Origin: Candidatus Latescibacterota bacterium
Lineage (GTDB): Bacteria > Latescibacterota > UBA2968 > UBA8231
NCBI GenBank assembly: GCA_965206595.1
Contig: OZ242214.1
Span: 3,840,001-3,904,000, forward strand
Length of the DNA stretch: 64,000 nucleotides
Reading direction: 5' to 3'
In this document: positions 1-9,475 of the stretch, piece by piece
Position numbering within the stretch: position 1 is the stretch's first letter
How the letters are laid out: each line of letters opens with the position of its first letter
Made by a program: the position numbers and the translations under genes
The notes under the pieces: generated by a model
What the model was told of the DNA's origin: nothing
The model's database searches: none
The model's input: the letters and a program-made list of their open reading frames with translations, nothing else

Positions 1-154
1 TCCGGCTGACGAGCTCCTGCGCCCCAGGCGTGCTTGTCGGGTGCGGCTGACCGCCCTCCCGCGCCCCGGCCTGCTCCGCCGAGGCCGGGAATTTCCCCGG
101 CGAGCCAAACCCGCTCCGGTGCCGGGCCCGGTGCCTGCGCGCGGCCACCCCCGA

Positions 155-1621
155 TCATGACAGCCAGAAGGAGTAGAGGCTGGCGCGGCGAAGATGGAAT
201 CTCAGACGGATGGGTCTTGCACCGAATGCGGCATGGCTCCCCTCCCCCCACCGGATCTCCCCCGCGAGTCGATCGCCGCGCAGGGCCACGCACTCCCCGG
301 CCGACCTGCCCGGCAGCGGACGGAGGCTGCCGGCGTCAACCACCTCGACCGCGATCTCACCGCCGGCCACCACGGCAGCGTTCACGCACAGGCTCCCTTG
401 TGTCCATCTGAAGGGCTTCGTGACCATTTCGCCGGCATCGGCGGCAACCGGATCGAAGGAGACGAAACCGTCCCGCCGCAGCCTGGCAAGGCAGATGACG
501 GTGTTCGGATCGAAGAACGCGTCGTTGTAGATCGCCGCATCGAGATTTGCGAACAGGTCGCGGTGTCCGCGATAGCGACAGGCGATGTAGTAGATCCAAA
601 GCTCCTCGTCCCGGACTATCGGGGCCCCGCACAGAGCGACCTGGGCGTTGCCGAAGTTGGCGCCCCCTTCCCAGGGTTCGACGCCGACGAATACCGCCCG
701 GTCCGCGACCCGTTCCCATTTGCGGGCGTCGCGCGAGACGGCGAGCTCGACCTGGTTCAGGCCGGTATGGTTGGATTGCGCTCCATCGGCGCCCGAGGGA
801 TTGAAGAGCAGGGGAAAGCCGACGTAGAGACCTTCGTACGGCAGGACCGGCATCATGTAGAGCTGGGCCAGGTAGTCGCGGCCATCGACCACGGGTGGCG
901 ACAGGTAGGCGGGATCGTCGACGACGGCCTGAATTCTGCGTTTGCGGTTTTCCCGGTCGATCTCGTCGGTGTGGAGGACGAGCTCCGGATCCGTCCAGTC
1001 GCCGCAGTCCGGGCTGGTCGACAGAAAGGCGGATCTCCCCCACTCGGTGCGGTGCTTGACGATAGCGAGATAGCGGTTTCCGATATCGTCGTACACGAGG
1101 GACGAAGTGTCCTGGCTGGGAATGGGCGGCCCCTGCGAGATCTCCCACATGAAACCGTCCGCCGACACCCCCGGATAGCGGTCCATGTTGTCGCTGTCGC
1201 TGAACAATCCCTTGTAGCGCCGCCGGGGGTCGGCTTCGGCCTGGTCGCGGATGACGTGGCAGAGGTTCATCATGCCGGAGTCGAAGGCGACGTTGTTCGA
1301 TCTGGAACCGTTCCATTCGTACAATCCGACGACCGGTCTCTCCCAGTGGACGCCGTCGGCGGAGGTGGCGTAGAGAGTCACGTATTCCCCGGTAAAGTTG
1401 GTAATCCCTTTGTACCACCATTCCCAGCGACCCTTCTCCGGATCCCACTGCGGCACACTGCCGCTCTGCACGGCGCGCTCGCCCCGGGAGCGATCGGGCA
1501 TGATGACCGGCCCGGCTTTCACCGGCTGGTGCAGCACGCGCTGGAGCCCGGACGTCGATTCCACGGCGCCGTCGTCGAGAAACAGCTGCCGGTGTCGGAG
1601 TGGGTGAATTTCCGCGCTCAT
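155..1621 (-). CDS. Glycoside-hydrolase-like five-bladed beta-propeller protein (GH32/43/130-like), substrate unknown
   Basis: N-terminal RQLFLDD...VLHQPVK; YATSADGVHWERP and AVSRDARKWER blades; C-terminal LRRDGFVS...MVTKPF...RLRFHLRRASLYSF sandwich; start taken at MSAEI. Confidence 0.7.
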   Translation of the reverse strand: MSAEIHPLRHRQLFLDDGAVESTSGLQRVLHQPVKAGPVIMPDRSRGERAVQSGSVPQWDPEKGRWEWWYKGITNFTGEYVTLYATSADGVHWERPVVGLYEWNGSRSNNVAFDSGMMNLCHVIRDQAEADPRRRYKGLFSDSDNMDRYPGVSADGFMWEISQGPPIPSQDTSSLVYDDIGNRYLAIVKHRTEWGRSAFLSTSPDCGDWTDPELVLHTDEIDRENRKRRIQAVVDDPAYLSPPVVDGRDYLAQLYMMPVLPYEGLYVGFPLLFNPSGADGAQSNHTGLNQVELAVSRDARKWERVADRAVFVGVEPWEGGANFGNAQVALCGAPIVRDEELWIYYIACRYRGHRDLFANLDAAIYNDAFFDPNTVICLARLRRDGFVSFDPVAADAGEMVTKPFRWTQGSLCVNAAVVAGGEIAVEVVDAGSLRPLPGRSAGECVALRGDRLAGEIRWGEGSHAAFGARPIRLRFHLRRASLYSFWLS

Positions 1622-1745
1622 GGTCTTTGCGCCGGTTGCCGGGACTCGAGGTGCGAGGAGCAAAACAACGCCGGCAAGCTAACACGGGGTTCCGAAAGCG
1701 AAAAGCGGCGATTCGCGCAAAATGCATTTCCACGGAGGTGGTGAA

Positions 1746-2777
1746 TTGATTCGGGAAGCCGACACATTGTGGACCCGGGTGATCTGTGCGCAGCCCGGCC
1801 GTTACATCGGCTGGCCGACGATTGCGCGAACGTCGTCCGGCGAGCTGCTGGCCGTTTTCTCCGGCGACCGGGACGGACACATCTGCCCCTGGGGCAAAAC
1901 ACACCTGGTTCGATCCGGCGACGATGGCGAGACCTGGAGCGCTCCCGAAGTCATCCGCCATTCACCGCTCGACGACCGCGACGCCGGCATCATCGAGACC
2001 CGGCGGGGGACGTTGCTCGTCAGCTGGTTCACCTCGGTTGCCTTCGAGAGGGATGCCGCCTACCGGCAGCATGCCGCCACTCTCACTCCCGAGACCCGAA
2101 ACCGGTGGCTGGGAAACTGGGTGCAGCGTTCCGAGGATGGCGGCCTGACCTGGGGTGAGCCGATTCGGGTCAACGCCTCGGCGCCGCACGGTCCCGTTCA
2201 ACTGAGCGACGGCAGACTGCTCTACCTGGGCGTGGGCAGGCTCGAAGGTGAACGGACCATCGTAGCAGAAGAGTCGGCAGACGACGGCCGCACCTGGAAT
2301 GTCATCGGCACGGTGTCCCACCCGCCGGAGACGGCGCACCGGGGACTGGGAGAACCCCACCTTGTGGAGACGGCCGGTGGCAAGCTCGTCGGCCTGTTCC
2401 GCGTCGGCGGCGACAGGATGGAGGAGCGGTTCCTCCATCAGTCCGACAGTGAAGACGGCGGCAGAACCTGGACGCCGGCGCGAGTCACACCCATGCTCGG
2501 TTTTCCGCCGCATCTGATACGCCTGCAGGACGATCGATTGCTGGTCGCCTACGGCCGGCGGGTGTCGCCGTTCGGCGAGCGAGCTTGCCTGAGCAGCGAC
2601 GGTGGAGCCTCGTGGGATGTGCAAAACGAGCGCGTTGTCCAGACGGCACCTAATGACGACCTTGGCTACCCGGCGTCGGTGCAGCTGGCTGACGGCTCGA
2701 TCGTGACGATCTGCTACCAGCTCGATCGACCCACTGCCGAGACAACCTGCCTGATGGGTACCAGGTGGCGTCTCTGA
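1746..2777 (+). CDS. Sialidase/BNR (Asp-box) repeat beta-propeller
   Basis: Five SxDxGxTW-type Asp-boxes; TTG start at 1746 follows GGAGGTG (ORF track begins at 1722). Confidence 0.8.
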   Translation: MIREADTLWTRVICAQPGRYIGWPTIARTSSGELLAVFSGDRDGHICPWGKTHLVRSGDDGETWSAPEVIRHSPLDDRDAGIIETRRGTLLVSWFTSVAFERDAAYRQHAATLTPETRNRWLGNWVQRSEDGGLTWGEPIRVNASAPHGPVQLSDGRLLYLGVGRLEGERTIVAEESADDGRTWNVIGTVSHPPETAHRGLGEPHLVETAGGKLVGLFRVGGDRMEERFLHQSDSEDGGRTWTPARVTPMLGFPPHLIRLQDDRLLVAYGRRVSPFGERACLSSDGGASWDVQNERVVQTAPNDDLGYPASVQLADGSIVTICYQLDRPTAETTCLMGTRWRL

Positions 2778-2874
2778 TCCACCATCACTCACCGGGGTAA
2801 ACAGTATGATACCGTCCGGCAGTTGCGCGACCTTCCAAACTCCGACAGATAGGGCGAGTAAAAAGGAGCTCTGA

Positions 2875-3738
2875 ATGGAAAAAACCACCAGGCTGGGCTC
2901 CACGGACCTCGAGGTCAGCAGGCATGGATTCGGAGCCGCCCGTATCGGAGACGGGGTGCCGCTCGATCAAATAGAGAGCACCCTCGACAGCCTTCAGGAT
3001 CTCGGCATAACCTTCATCGACACGGCGGATTGCTACAACGAGAGCGAGGTGCTCATCGGGCGCTTTCTCGGCGACCGGCTCGGCGAGTTCGCCGTCGCCA
3101 CCAAATGCGGTTGCGTCACGGGGGATGAAGAGGGCGAGCCGTATTCGCGCGCCGTTATCGAGCGAAGCATCGACCGCTCGCTCGAACGCATGCACCTCGA
3201 ATGTCTCGACCTCGTCTTCCTGCACACCTGCCCGGCGGAGGTCCTGCGGGCCGGGGAAGCCCCCGACGCCCTGATGCGCGCCCGCGATGCCGGCAAGGTC
3301 CGCTACACGGGGTACAGCGGCGATGACGACGATGCCCTGCAGGCGATCTCGATGGGCGTCTTCGATGCCCTTCAGGTGACCTTCAACATCATCAGCCAGC
3401 AAGCGCTGGACGAAGTCCTGCCGGCGGCCCATCGGGCAGGCATGGGCGTCGTCGCCAAGCGCCCGATTGCCAACGCCAGGCTGCTGCAACCGGACTCGCC
3501 CCAATTCCACGGGGGCCCCCACTGGGATCCGGTCCGCCAGTTGCTGAATGACGAGGGGGCGTGGGACGATCCCCTCGAGTGCGCCCTGCGCTTCACCCTG
3601 TCGCACCCGGTCATCGACTCGGCCATCATCGGCACGACGAAGGCCGGCCACGCCCGTGAAAACGCCGGGAGAGCCGCGGCCGATGCCCTGTCTCCGGAGC
3701 TCCTCGACGCTCTGCATGCACTGCGGCCGGCGGATTGA
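2875..3738 (+). CDS. Aldo/keto reductase
   Basis: FIDTADCY, VATKCG, SLERMHLECLDLVFLH, AIIGT motifs; AGGAG RBS. Confidence 0.9.
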   Translation: MEKTTRLGSTDLEVSRHGFGAARIGDGVPLDQIESTLDSLQDLGITFIDTADCYNESEVLIGRFLGDRLGEFAVATKCGCVTGDEEGEPYSRAVIERSIDRSLERMHLECLDLVFLHTCPAEVLRAGEAPDALMRARDAGKVRYTGYSGDDDDALQAISMGVFDALQVTFNIISQQALDEVLPAAHRAGMGVVAKRPIANARLLQPDSPQFHGGPHWDPVRQLLNDEGAWDDPLECALRFTLSHPVIDSAIIGTTKAGHARENAGRAAADALSPELLDALHALRPAD

Positions 3739-3741
3739 CCC

Positions 3742-5355
3742 ATGCCCGTTCCCCCCGACTACCGGATCGTCTACAACTGGGATGGCGCCCCGCACGGCTA
3801 TTCGCCGGCTCCCCAGTCGCGGGACGATTTTCTCGAAAAGGTGTACGCGCCCCTCGAAGACACCCAGGTGGGAGCCCTGTTCTGGAGCACCGGCGGACAA
3901 GGGTCGCGCTGGCCCAGCTCGGTCCTGGAGTATATCGGCGAACACCGGGAACGCCCCTACCCCAGTGCCGGCGCCTTCAACGGTACTGAGAACATCCTGC
4001 GGATGTACGACCGCGGCGAAGATCCCCAGCAGGCCCTGATCGCCCGCGGGCACGAGCTCGGCCTGCATGTGTACGCCTCGGTGCGCATGAACGACAACCA
4101 TTTCGGCGGGGCCCAGGTCGGTGACCTGGGGGCGCTGCTCGAGGCCCACCGGGTCGAGCCCTTGCGCGCCGATCACCCGGAGTGGGTGCTCGGAGACCGC
4201 ACTTCCGAGTGGTTTGCCCTGTCGTGGAACATGGCCGTGCCCGAGATCCGCCAGCGTCGCTTCGACGCCGTCGAGGAGACCTGCCGCCGCTACGACTGGG
4301 ACGGCGTCGAGCTCGACTGGCAGCGTCACGCCTTCCATTTCCCGGACCACGAGGGATACCGGCTGCGCTACCTGCTCACCGATCTGCAGCGCGCTGTCCG
4401 TCGTATGACCGATGCCCTGGGAAAAGAGCGCGGCCGCCCCGTCTACCTGGCAGCCCGTGTCGCCGGATCCCTCGAGATGTGCCGCCGTATCGGGTACGAC
4501 ATCCCCGCCTGGGTCGAGGAGGGACTCGTCGACATCATCGTTCCCGCGGGCAACGCCGTCACCGATGCCGACATCGATGTCGCCGGATTCGCCGGGTTGT
4601 GCGCGGGCACGGAGATCGCCGTCTACCCCGGCTTCGACAGCAATCTCCCGGATCCGTTCGTCGGTCCGGAAGAGCCGGACGACAAGGACCGCCTGCGCAC
4701 CCGGGCCATCGCCAGCCGTTATCACCGGGCGGGTGCGTCGGGTATCTACGTCTTCAACTGGCATGCCGACCGCGATTCGAAGCGGCCGTTGCTGACGGCC
4801 ATCGGCTCTGCCGAAACCCTGGCCGGCACGGACAAGATCTACGCCGCCACCCATCGCTACATACAGCACGCCGGGGCCTGGCGCGGCGCCTTCCGCATCG
4901 ACCGCATCTACGGCCAGGTGCCCGTCCGGCTCGAGCGCACCCTGAGCGGTCACGGCCCTGTCGTCCGGCTCGACATCGCCGAGGATTTCGGCGCCCGCAA
5001 GCCGGAGGTGCTGCGCTTGAGACTGCGCCTGAACGAGTGGGTCAAGGGAGATGTCGTGCAGGCATGGTGGGACGGCGAAAGATTGGGACCACCTGAGATA
5101 GCCTACTGCCGGCTCGACGATCCCTCCCCACCGGGTGGAGCGTTTCAGCCGTTGCCCCGCTGGCGCGACATAGCCGAGGTGAGCAGTGCCGTGTGGCTGA
5201 GCTGGGATTTGGGTGCGGCCGCGGTCTCGCCGGGCGAGCATGCGGTACGTATCGACCTGCATGAGCGCCATCCGCAGGTCGCCTCATCCCTGACCCTCAC
5301 CGACGTCGAGCTCGTCGTTCGCTATCGGAAAAACTCCGGGAGCACTGAAAAATGA
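3742..5355 (+). CDS. GHL10/DUF187-like TIM-barrel glycoside hydrolase-like protein
   Basis: IVYNWDG, YASVRMND, YDWDGVELDW, GASGIYVFN; paralog of 11721..13163. Confidence 0.7.
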   Translation: MPVPPDYRIVYNWDGAPHGYSPAPQSRDDFLEKVYAPLEDTQVGALFWSTGGQGSRWPSSVLEYIGEHRERPYPSAGAFNGTENILRMYDRGEDPQQALIARGHELGLHVYASVRMNDNHFGGAQVGDLGALLEAHRVEPLRADHPEWVLGDRTSEWFALSWNMAVPEIRQRRFDAVEETCRRYDWDGVELDWQRHAFHFPDHEGYRLRYLLTDLQRAVRRMTDALGKERGRPVYLAARVAGSLEMCRRIGYDIPAWVEEGLVDIIVPAGNAVTDADIDVAGFAGLCAGTEIAVYPGFDSNLPDPFVGPEEPDDKDRLRTRAIASRYHRAGASGIYVFNWHADRDSKRPLLTAIGSAETLAGTDKIYAATHRYIQHAGAWRGAFRIDRIYGQVPVRLERTLSGHGPVVRLDIAEDFGARKPEVLRLRLRLNEWVKGDVVQAWWDGERLGPPEIAYCRLDDPSPPGGAFQPLPRWRDIAEVSSAVWLSWDLGAAAVSPGEHAVRIDLHERHPQVASSLTLTDVELVVRYRKNSGSTEK

Positions 5356-6596
5356 AGGTCACCGCCATAGACATTCACCGGGTCACGCTTCCGTACGACG
5401 AGGCCAGGGCCTACGAGCTCCTCCACTACCACGACCTGACGCAGCGCACGATTTACGTCGTCCACACCGACAATGGGCTGGTCGGCCTGGGCGAAAGCGA
5501 GAGACCGGAAAAACAGGAGGTGTTGGACCAGTACATCGGCTCGAACCCCTTCGACTGGGTAGGAGACGAGAGCTCCCTGGGATTGGGAACGGCGATGTAC
5601 GACCTCATGGGCAAAGCCGCAGGTGTGCCGGTGTACAAGCTCTTCGGCCAGAAGTACCGCTCCTGGGTGGCCGTGGCCGCCTGGACCGTGAGCACCCATC
5701 CGGAGCGCATGGCACGAGCCGTGCAGGCGTTCGCCGAACAGGGCCATACCTGGATGAAGTTCCACTTGTCCCCCTTCGAGAATGTCATCGACCAGACCGA
5801 GGCGATGCAGGCGGTGGCGCCGAAAGGTTTCAGGCTTCACTACGACTTCACCATGCACGGCACCGAAGACCACATGCCCGGATTGCTGGACAAGCTGTCG
5901 GAATACGGAATTGCCGGCTGCTTCGAGGATCCGCTGCCGGGCGAGGACATCGACGGCTACATGGAATTGCGGCAGCGGTCGCGCCTGCCGATCGTCCTGC
6001 ACCACTTCCCGACGGCGGCGACCTACGAGATCTTTCGCAGACCTGCCGACGCCTACATGCTGGGGCATTCGAGGATCGGCGACGCCGTGCGCCGGGCAGG
6101 CTTGTTCGCCGCCGGCGGCAGCCCTTTCATGCTGCAGAATACGGGCAGCGACATCACGCGCGCCATGACCGTCCACATGATGGCCGCCTTTCCTTCGGCG
6201 ACCTTCCACTTCATCAACGCCATTCCCGAAGTTTCGCGCGAGCGCTTCGTCACCGAGCCCCTGAATCCGGTCAACGGCTTCGTTCGCGTGCCGGAGCAGC
6301 CCGGCCTGGGTATCGAGCTGGATATGAAAGAGGTAGAGCGCCTCGAGCGGATCGAGCCGATAGCGAAACCGAAATTCATCCTCGTCTGCAGATACGACAA
6401 CGGCACGGCGTTTTATACCCGCCCGGATCCCCACAACCCGCACTTCATGGTGCGCCCGGACTGGAGCCGTTCGCTGATGCCCGTGAGCTTCGCGGCACCC
6501 TTGAAAACCGAGTACTGGGATGACGACGGGTCCGAAGATTTCGCCGCCATGATGACGAGAATCGAGCGGGACGGAGGCGTGCTGGAGGCGCGGTGA
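5352..6596 (+). CDS. Enolase superfamily (mandelate racemase/muconate lactonizing enzyme-like)
   Basis: VHTDNGLVGLGE, AMYDLMGKAAGVPVYKLFG, FEDP, VPEQPGLGIELD; ATGA overlap with upstream gene. Confidence 0.88.
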   Translation: MKVTAIDIHRVTLPYDEARAYELLHYHDLTQRTIYVVHTDNGLVGLGESERPEKQEVLDQYIGSNPFDWVGDESSLGLGTAMYDLMGKAAGVPVYKLFGQKYRSWVAVAAWTVSTHPERMARAVQAFAEQGHTWMKFHLSPFENVIDQTEAMQAVAPKGFRLHYDFTMHGTEDHMPGLLDKLSEYGIAGCFEDPLPGEDIDGYMELRQRSRLPIVLHHFPTAATYEIFRRPADAYMLGHSRIGDAVRRAGLFAAGGSPFMLQNTGSDITRAMTVHMMAAFPSATFHFINAIPEVSRERFVTEPLNPVNGFVRVPEQPGLGIELDMKEVERLERIEPIAKPKFILVCRYDNGTAFYTRPDPHNPHFMVRPDWSRSLMPVSFAAPLKTEYWDDDGSEDFAAMMTRIERDGGVLEAR

Positions 6597-6600
6597 CAGA

Positions 6601-7503
6601 ATGAAAGACCTCCGGGCCATGCGGGTCACCCACAGCTTCACCGACGACAGTGCAAGCATTCGCATCGAGGGGCTCCCCCGCCCGGTGCGGATGCTGCACC
6701 TGACCGACACGCACCTGCAGTTTTTCGACGAGCGCGACGGCGAGAACTACGACGCCTGTGTCGATTACTGCGGGCGCTATGCGAAAATGAACGAGAAGCA
6801 GGGCACCTCCTGGGTGCCGGGGGATGCGTTCCGCCAGCACCTGGCGCAGGCGGCCAGGGAAAACCTCGACTTGCTGGCGCTGACCGGGGACATCGTTCAC
6901 TTCCCCTCGCCCGCCTCGGTCGATTTCGTCCTCGAGCAGATCGACGCCCTCGGCGTGCCCGCCATGTATACCTGCGGCAACCACGACGTGCACTACACCA
7001 ACGAGCCGGTCAATGACGAGGTGCGGCGGCGGCGATTGGCCGCTCTGCAGCCGTTGCACAACGGCGATCCGGACTGTGCGGCCCGCGATATCGGCGGCAT
7101 TCGATTCGTCGCGATCGACAACGCCGTGCCCCGGATCTCACGCAAGCAGGTCGACTTCATGCAGGCGCAGCTGCAGGCGGGCTTGCCGACCGTCCTGCTG
7201 ACTCATTGGCCTCTGAGCCTGCCGACATTGCGCGATCCCGTCATCGACGAACTGGGGTCGCCGCCGATGATGGGCGATCCGGACTGGCCGTCGGAGAGCC
7301 GGATTTCATGGCAGGTCGGTGAGGACACGCCCGAGACCCTCGAGTTCGTCCATTCGGTGACAACGGCGCCCAACCTGGCGGCCGTGTTCTGCGGCCACGT
7401 GCACATCCCCCACGCTGACGCCATCAACACGCGTGCCGTCCAGTATGTGGGCCGTCCGGGGTTCGAAGGCGGCCGCCGTCTGGTCGAATTCAGGCCTCTG
7501 TAA
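6601..7503 (+). CDS. Calcineurin-like metallophosphoesterase
   Basis: DTH, TGDIV, GNHD, TH, GHVH motifs. Confidence 0.88.
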   Translation: MKDLRAMRVTHSFTDDSASIRIEGLPRPVRMLHLTDTHLQFFDERDGENYDACVDYCGRYAKMNEKQGTSWVPGDAFRQHLAQAARENLDLLALTGDIVHFPSPASVDFVLEQIDALGVPAMYTCGNHDVHYTNEPVNDEVRRRRLAALQPLHNGDPDCAARDIGGIRFVAIDNAVPRISRKQVDFMQAQLQAGLPTVLLTHWPLSLPTLRDPVIDELGSPPMMGDPDWPSESRISWQVGEDTPETLEFVHSVTTAPNLAAVFCGHVHIPHADAINTRAVQYVGRPGFEGGRRLVEFRPL

Positions 7504-7518
7504 CAGGCATCCGGGTCT

Positions 7519-8358
7519 TCAGACCAGATCCCTGTCGGGGCGAGGGGGGTTGCCCCAGTGGTTGTCGGGATCTTCCCCGTTGATGACGACCCCCTCGGCA
7601 GCCCAACCGAATCCCGGCACCTCCCGCACATCGATAGCGCAATAGCGCAGGGTCAGACCGCACCGCCTGCGCCTCGAGCGATTGGCCCGGGAGCCGTGCA
7701 GAAGAAGGTCGGAGTGCATGGAAATTTCACCCGCCCTGAGCTCGACATCGACACACTCGCCGTAGCGCTCGACATCCAGGGCGACCTGGTTGAACAGGTT
7801 GTTCTCCCCTTCCCCGCTCAACCGGTAATCGATATGGCCGTGGAGATGGGAGCCGGCGATGAAGCGCATGCAGGAATTCTCCCTGTCCGCATCGTCGACG
7901 GCGAGCCAGATCGTCACCGTTTTCGACGGCGTCAGCGGCCAGTGACTGGCGTCCTGATGCCAGGAAATGTCGACGGGATCGCGGGGCAGCCTGCAGAAGA
8001 ACTGGGACGCCAGGCCGACGATCTCTTCGCCGAGGACATCCTGCGCGCAAGCGACGATGCGCGGGTGCCTCATCAAGTCGTACACCCTGGCTGACCGCAG
8101 GTGGGCGGAAGAGATGGAATAGCTGCTCCCCCCGTTGGCCATGGCCTTCGCCAACAGGCGGTCTAAGTCCTGCCGGTGCCCGGCGATTTCGCCGCTGTCG
8201 AAGATCGGCACGCCCTTGACATAGCCGTCCCTGTTGAAGGACTCGATCTGTTCGGGAGTGAGCACCGAAGGACTCTGCGTCGCGCTCGGATAGAACCGCA
8301 GGTCCCGATCCATGGCCCGCAGCTGCTCCGGGGTCGGACCCGTCTTGAAGGTCCGCAT
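7519..8358 (-). CDS. Phytanoyl-CoA dioxygenase (PhyH) family Fe/2OG enzyme
   Basis: FNRDGY, WHQD, IAGSH, LLHGS, RRR motifs. Confidence 0.88.
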   Translation of the reverse strand: MRTFKTGPTPEQLRAMDRDLRFYPSATQSPSVLTPEQIESFNRDGYVKGVPIFDSGEIAGHRQDLDRLLAKAMANGGSSYSISSAHLRSARVYDLMRHPRIVACAQDVLGEEIVGLASQFFCRLPRDPVDISWHQDASHWPLTPSKTVTIWLAVDDADRENSCMRFIAGSHLHGHIDYRLSGEGENNLFNQVALDVERYGECVDVELRAGEISMHSDLLLHGSRANRSRRRRCGLTLRYCAIDVREVPGFGWAAEGVVINGEDPDNHWGNPPRPDRDLV

Positions 8359-8371
8359 CAGTCGCGCCCCT

Positions 8372-9379
8372 TCATTTAATAAGCTCTCCCAGCCTCGGCG
8401 GGCGCACCCCCTTGAACATGCGGTCGTCGGTCACGCTCCCGTTGTGCTGCGCCAGCCGCTTGTAGCCGTTGGGGCCGGTGATGGGCTCGAGCCCGAACAA
8501 CTGCCGGCGCTCCGGGGTATTCAGCTGGCCTGCAGCCTCCAGGGCCACCGCGGCCTCCACCGTCACCCCGGGCTGCTTCTGGTAGAATGGACAGTAGAGG
8601 GTCACCACCGCCCAGCGGTCGCGGTCGCCGCTATTGGGCAACGTCGTGTGCCAGAGCCGGGTGTTGAAGAGAAAGGCGCTGCCGGCCCTTACTTCAGCCG
8701 CCACCATGCCCGGCATGTCGCGCTGGTCCCGCACTTTCGTCGCCTGATGCTCGCCTCCTCCCATGCCCTTGTATTCCAGGTGGTCGGGCTCGTGCTCCCA
8801 CAGGTGCGATCCCGGGACGCAGGCCGTGCAGCCGTCGTCCGCACCGACGTCGGTGAGGTAGACGAGGACCTTGGTGTTGAGCGGGCGTCCCAGATAGCGC
8901 CATTCCGGCTCGTTGCGGTGATCCCGGTGCCAGTTGACGTAGCCGCCTTCCTCCTGCGCGTCCTGCGCTGACTGCGGCTCCAGGACCCGCACCTGTATCG
9001 TCGCCGTCTGCACGTCGTCGCCGACCGTGGCCCTCAGGAAAGGCCAGAGCCGGGGATGGGCGATCATCTCCACGCAGGCCTCGTCCTGCTCGAGGAGATG
9101 GAGGGGGTAGATGTCGAAGTACTTTCTCCCGTGAAAGGTGCCGGAAGCGAAATACTCCCCGTTTCCCGAAATCCCCTCGCCCTTCGCCCGGCCCGCTTCC
9201 CAGTCGAGGCGGGTCACGGCCTGCGCCCTGTCGAATGCGGCCTGCACGCGGGCGAGCTCCTCGCCCTGCAGCACATCTTCGATGATCGTGAAGCCGTCGC
9301 GTTTGTACGCCTCGACCCGGTCTTCGAGAGGAGTCGCCGCAGCCGGCGCGCCCGATGCGGTGTCAGTCAGTGTTGTCAT
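8372..9379 (-). CDS. PhyH family Fe/2OG dioxygenase
   Basis: YKRDGF, WHRD, VYLTDV, VPGSH, WH...N...R; start at MTTL. Confidence 0.85.
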   Translation of the reverse strand: MTTLTDTASGAPAAATPLEDRVEAYKRDGFTIIEDVLQGEELARVQAAFDRAQAVTRLDWEAGRAKGEGISGNGEYFASGTFHGRKYFDIYPLHLLEQDEACVEMIAHPRLWPFLRATVGDDVQTATIQVRVLEPQSAQDAQEEGGYVNWHRDHRNEPEWRYLGRPLNTKVLVYLTDVGADDGCTACVPGSHLWEHEPDHLEYKGMGGGEHQATKVRDQRDMPGMVAAEVRAGSAFLFNTRLWHTTLPNSGDRDRWAVVTLYCPFYQKQPGVTVEAAVALEAAGQLNTPERRQLFGLEPITGPNGYKRLAQHNGSVTDDRMFKGVRPPRLGELIK

Positions 9380-9475
9380 ACCCGATCGATCTCCCGTGAA
9401 ACCGTTGTGCGCTCTGTGTCGATATCGGGGCAATATAACCATGCCGTCGCGAGAGGCATCGACGTCGGCGGGGTC

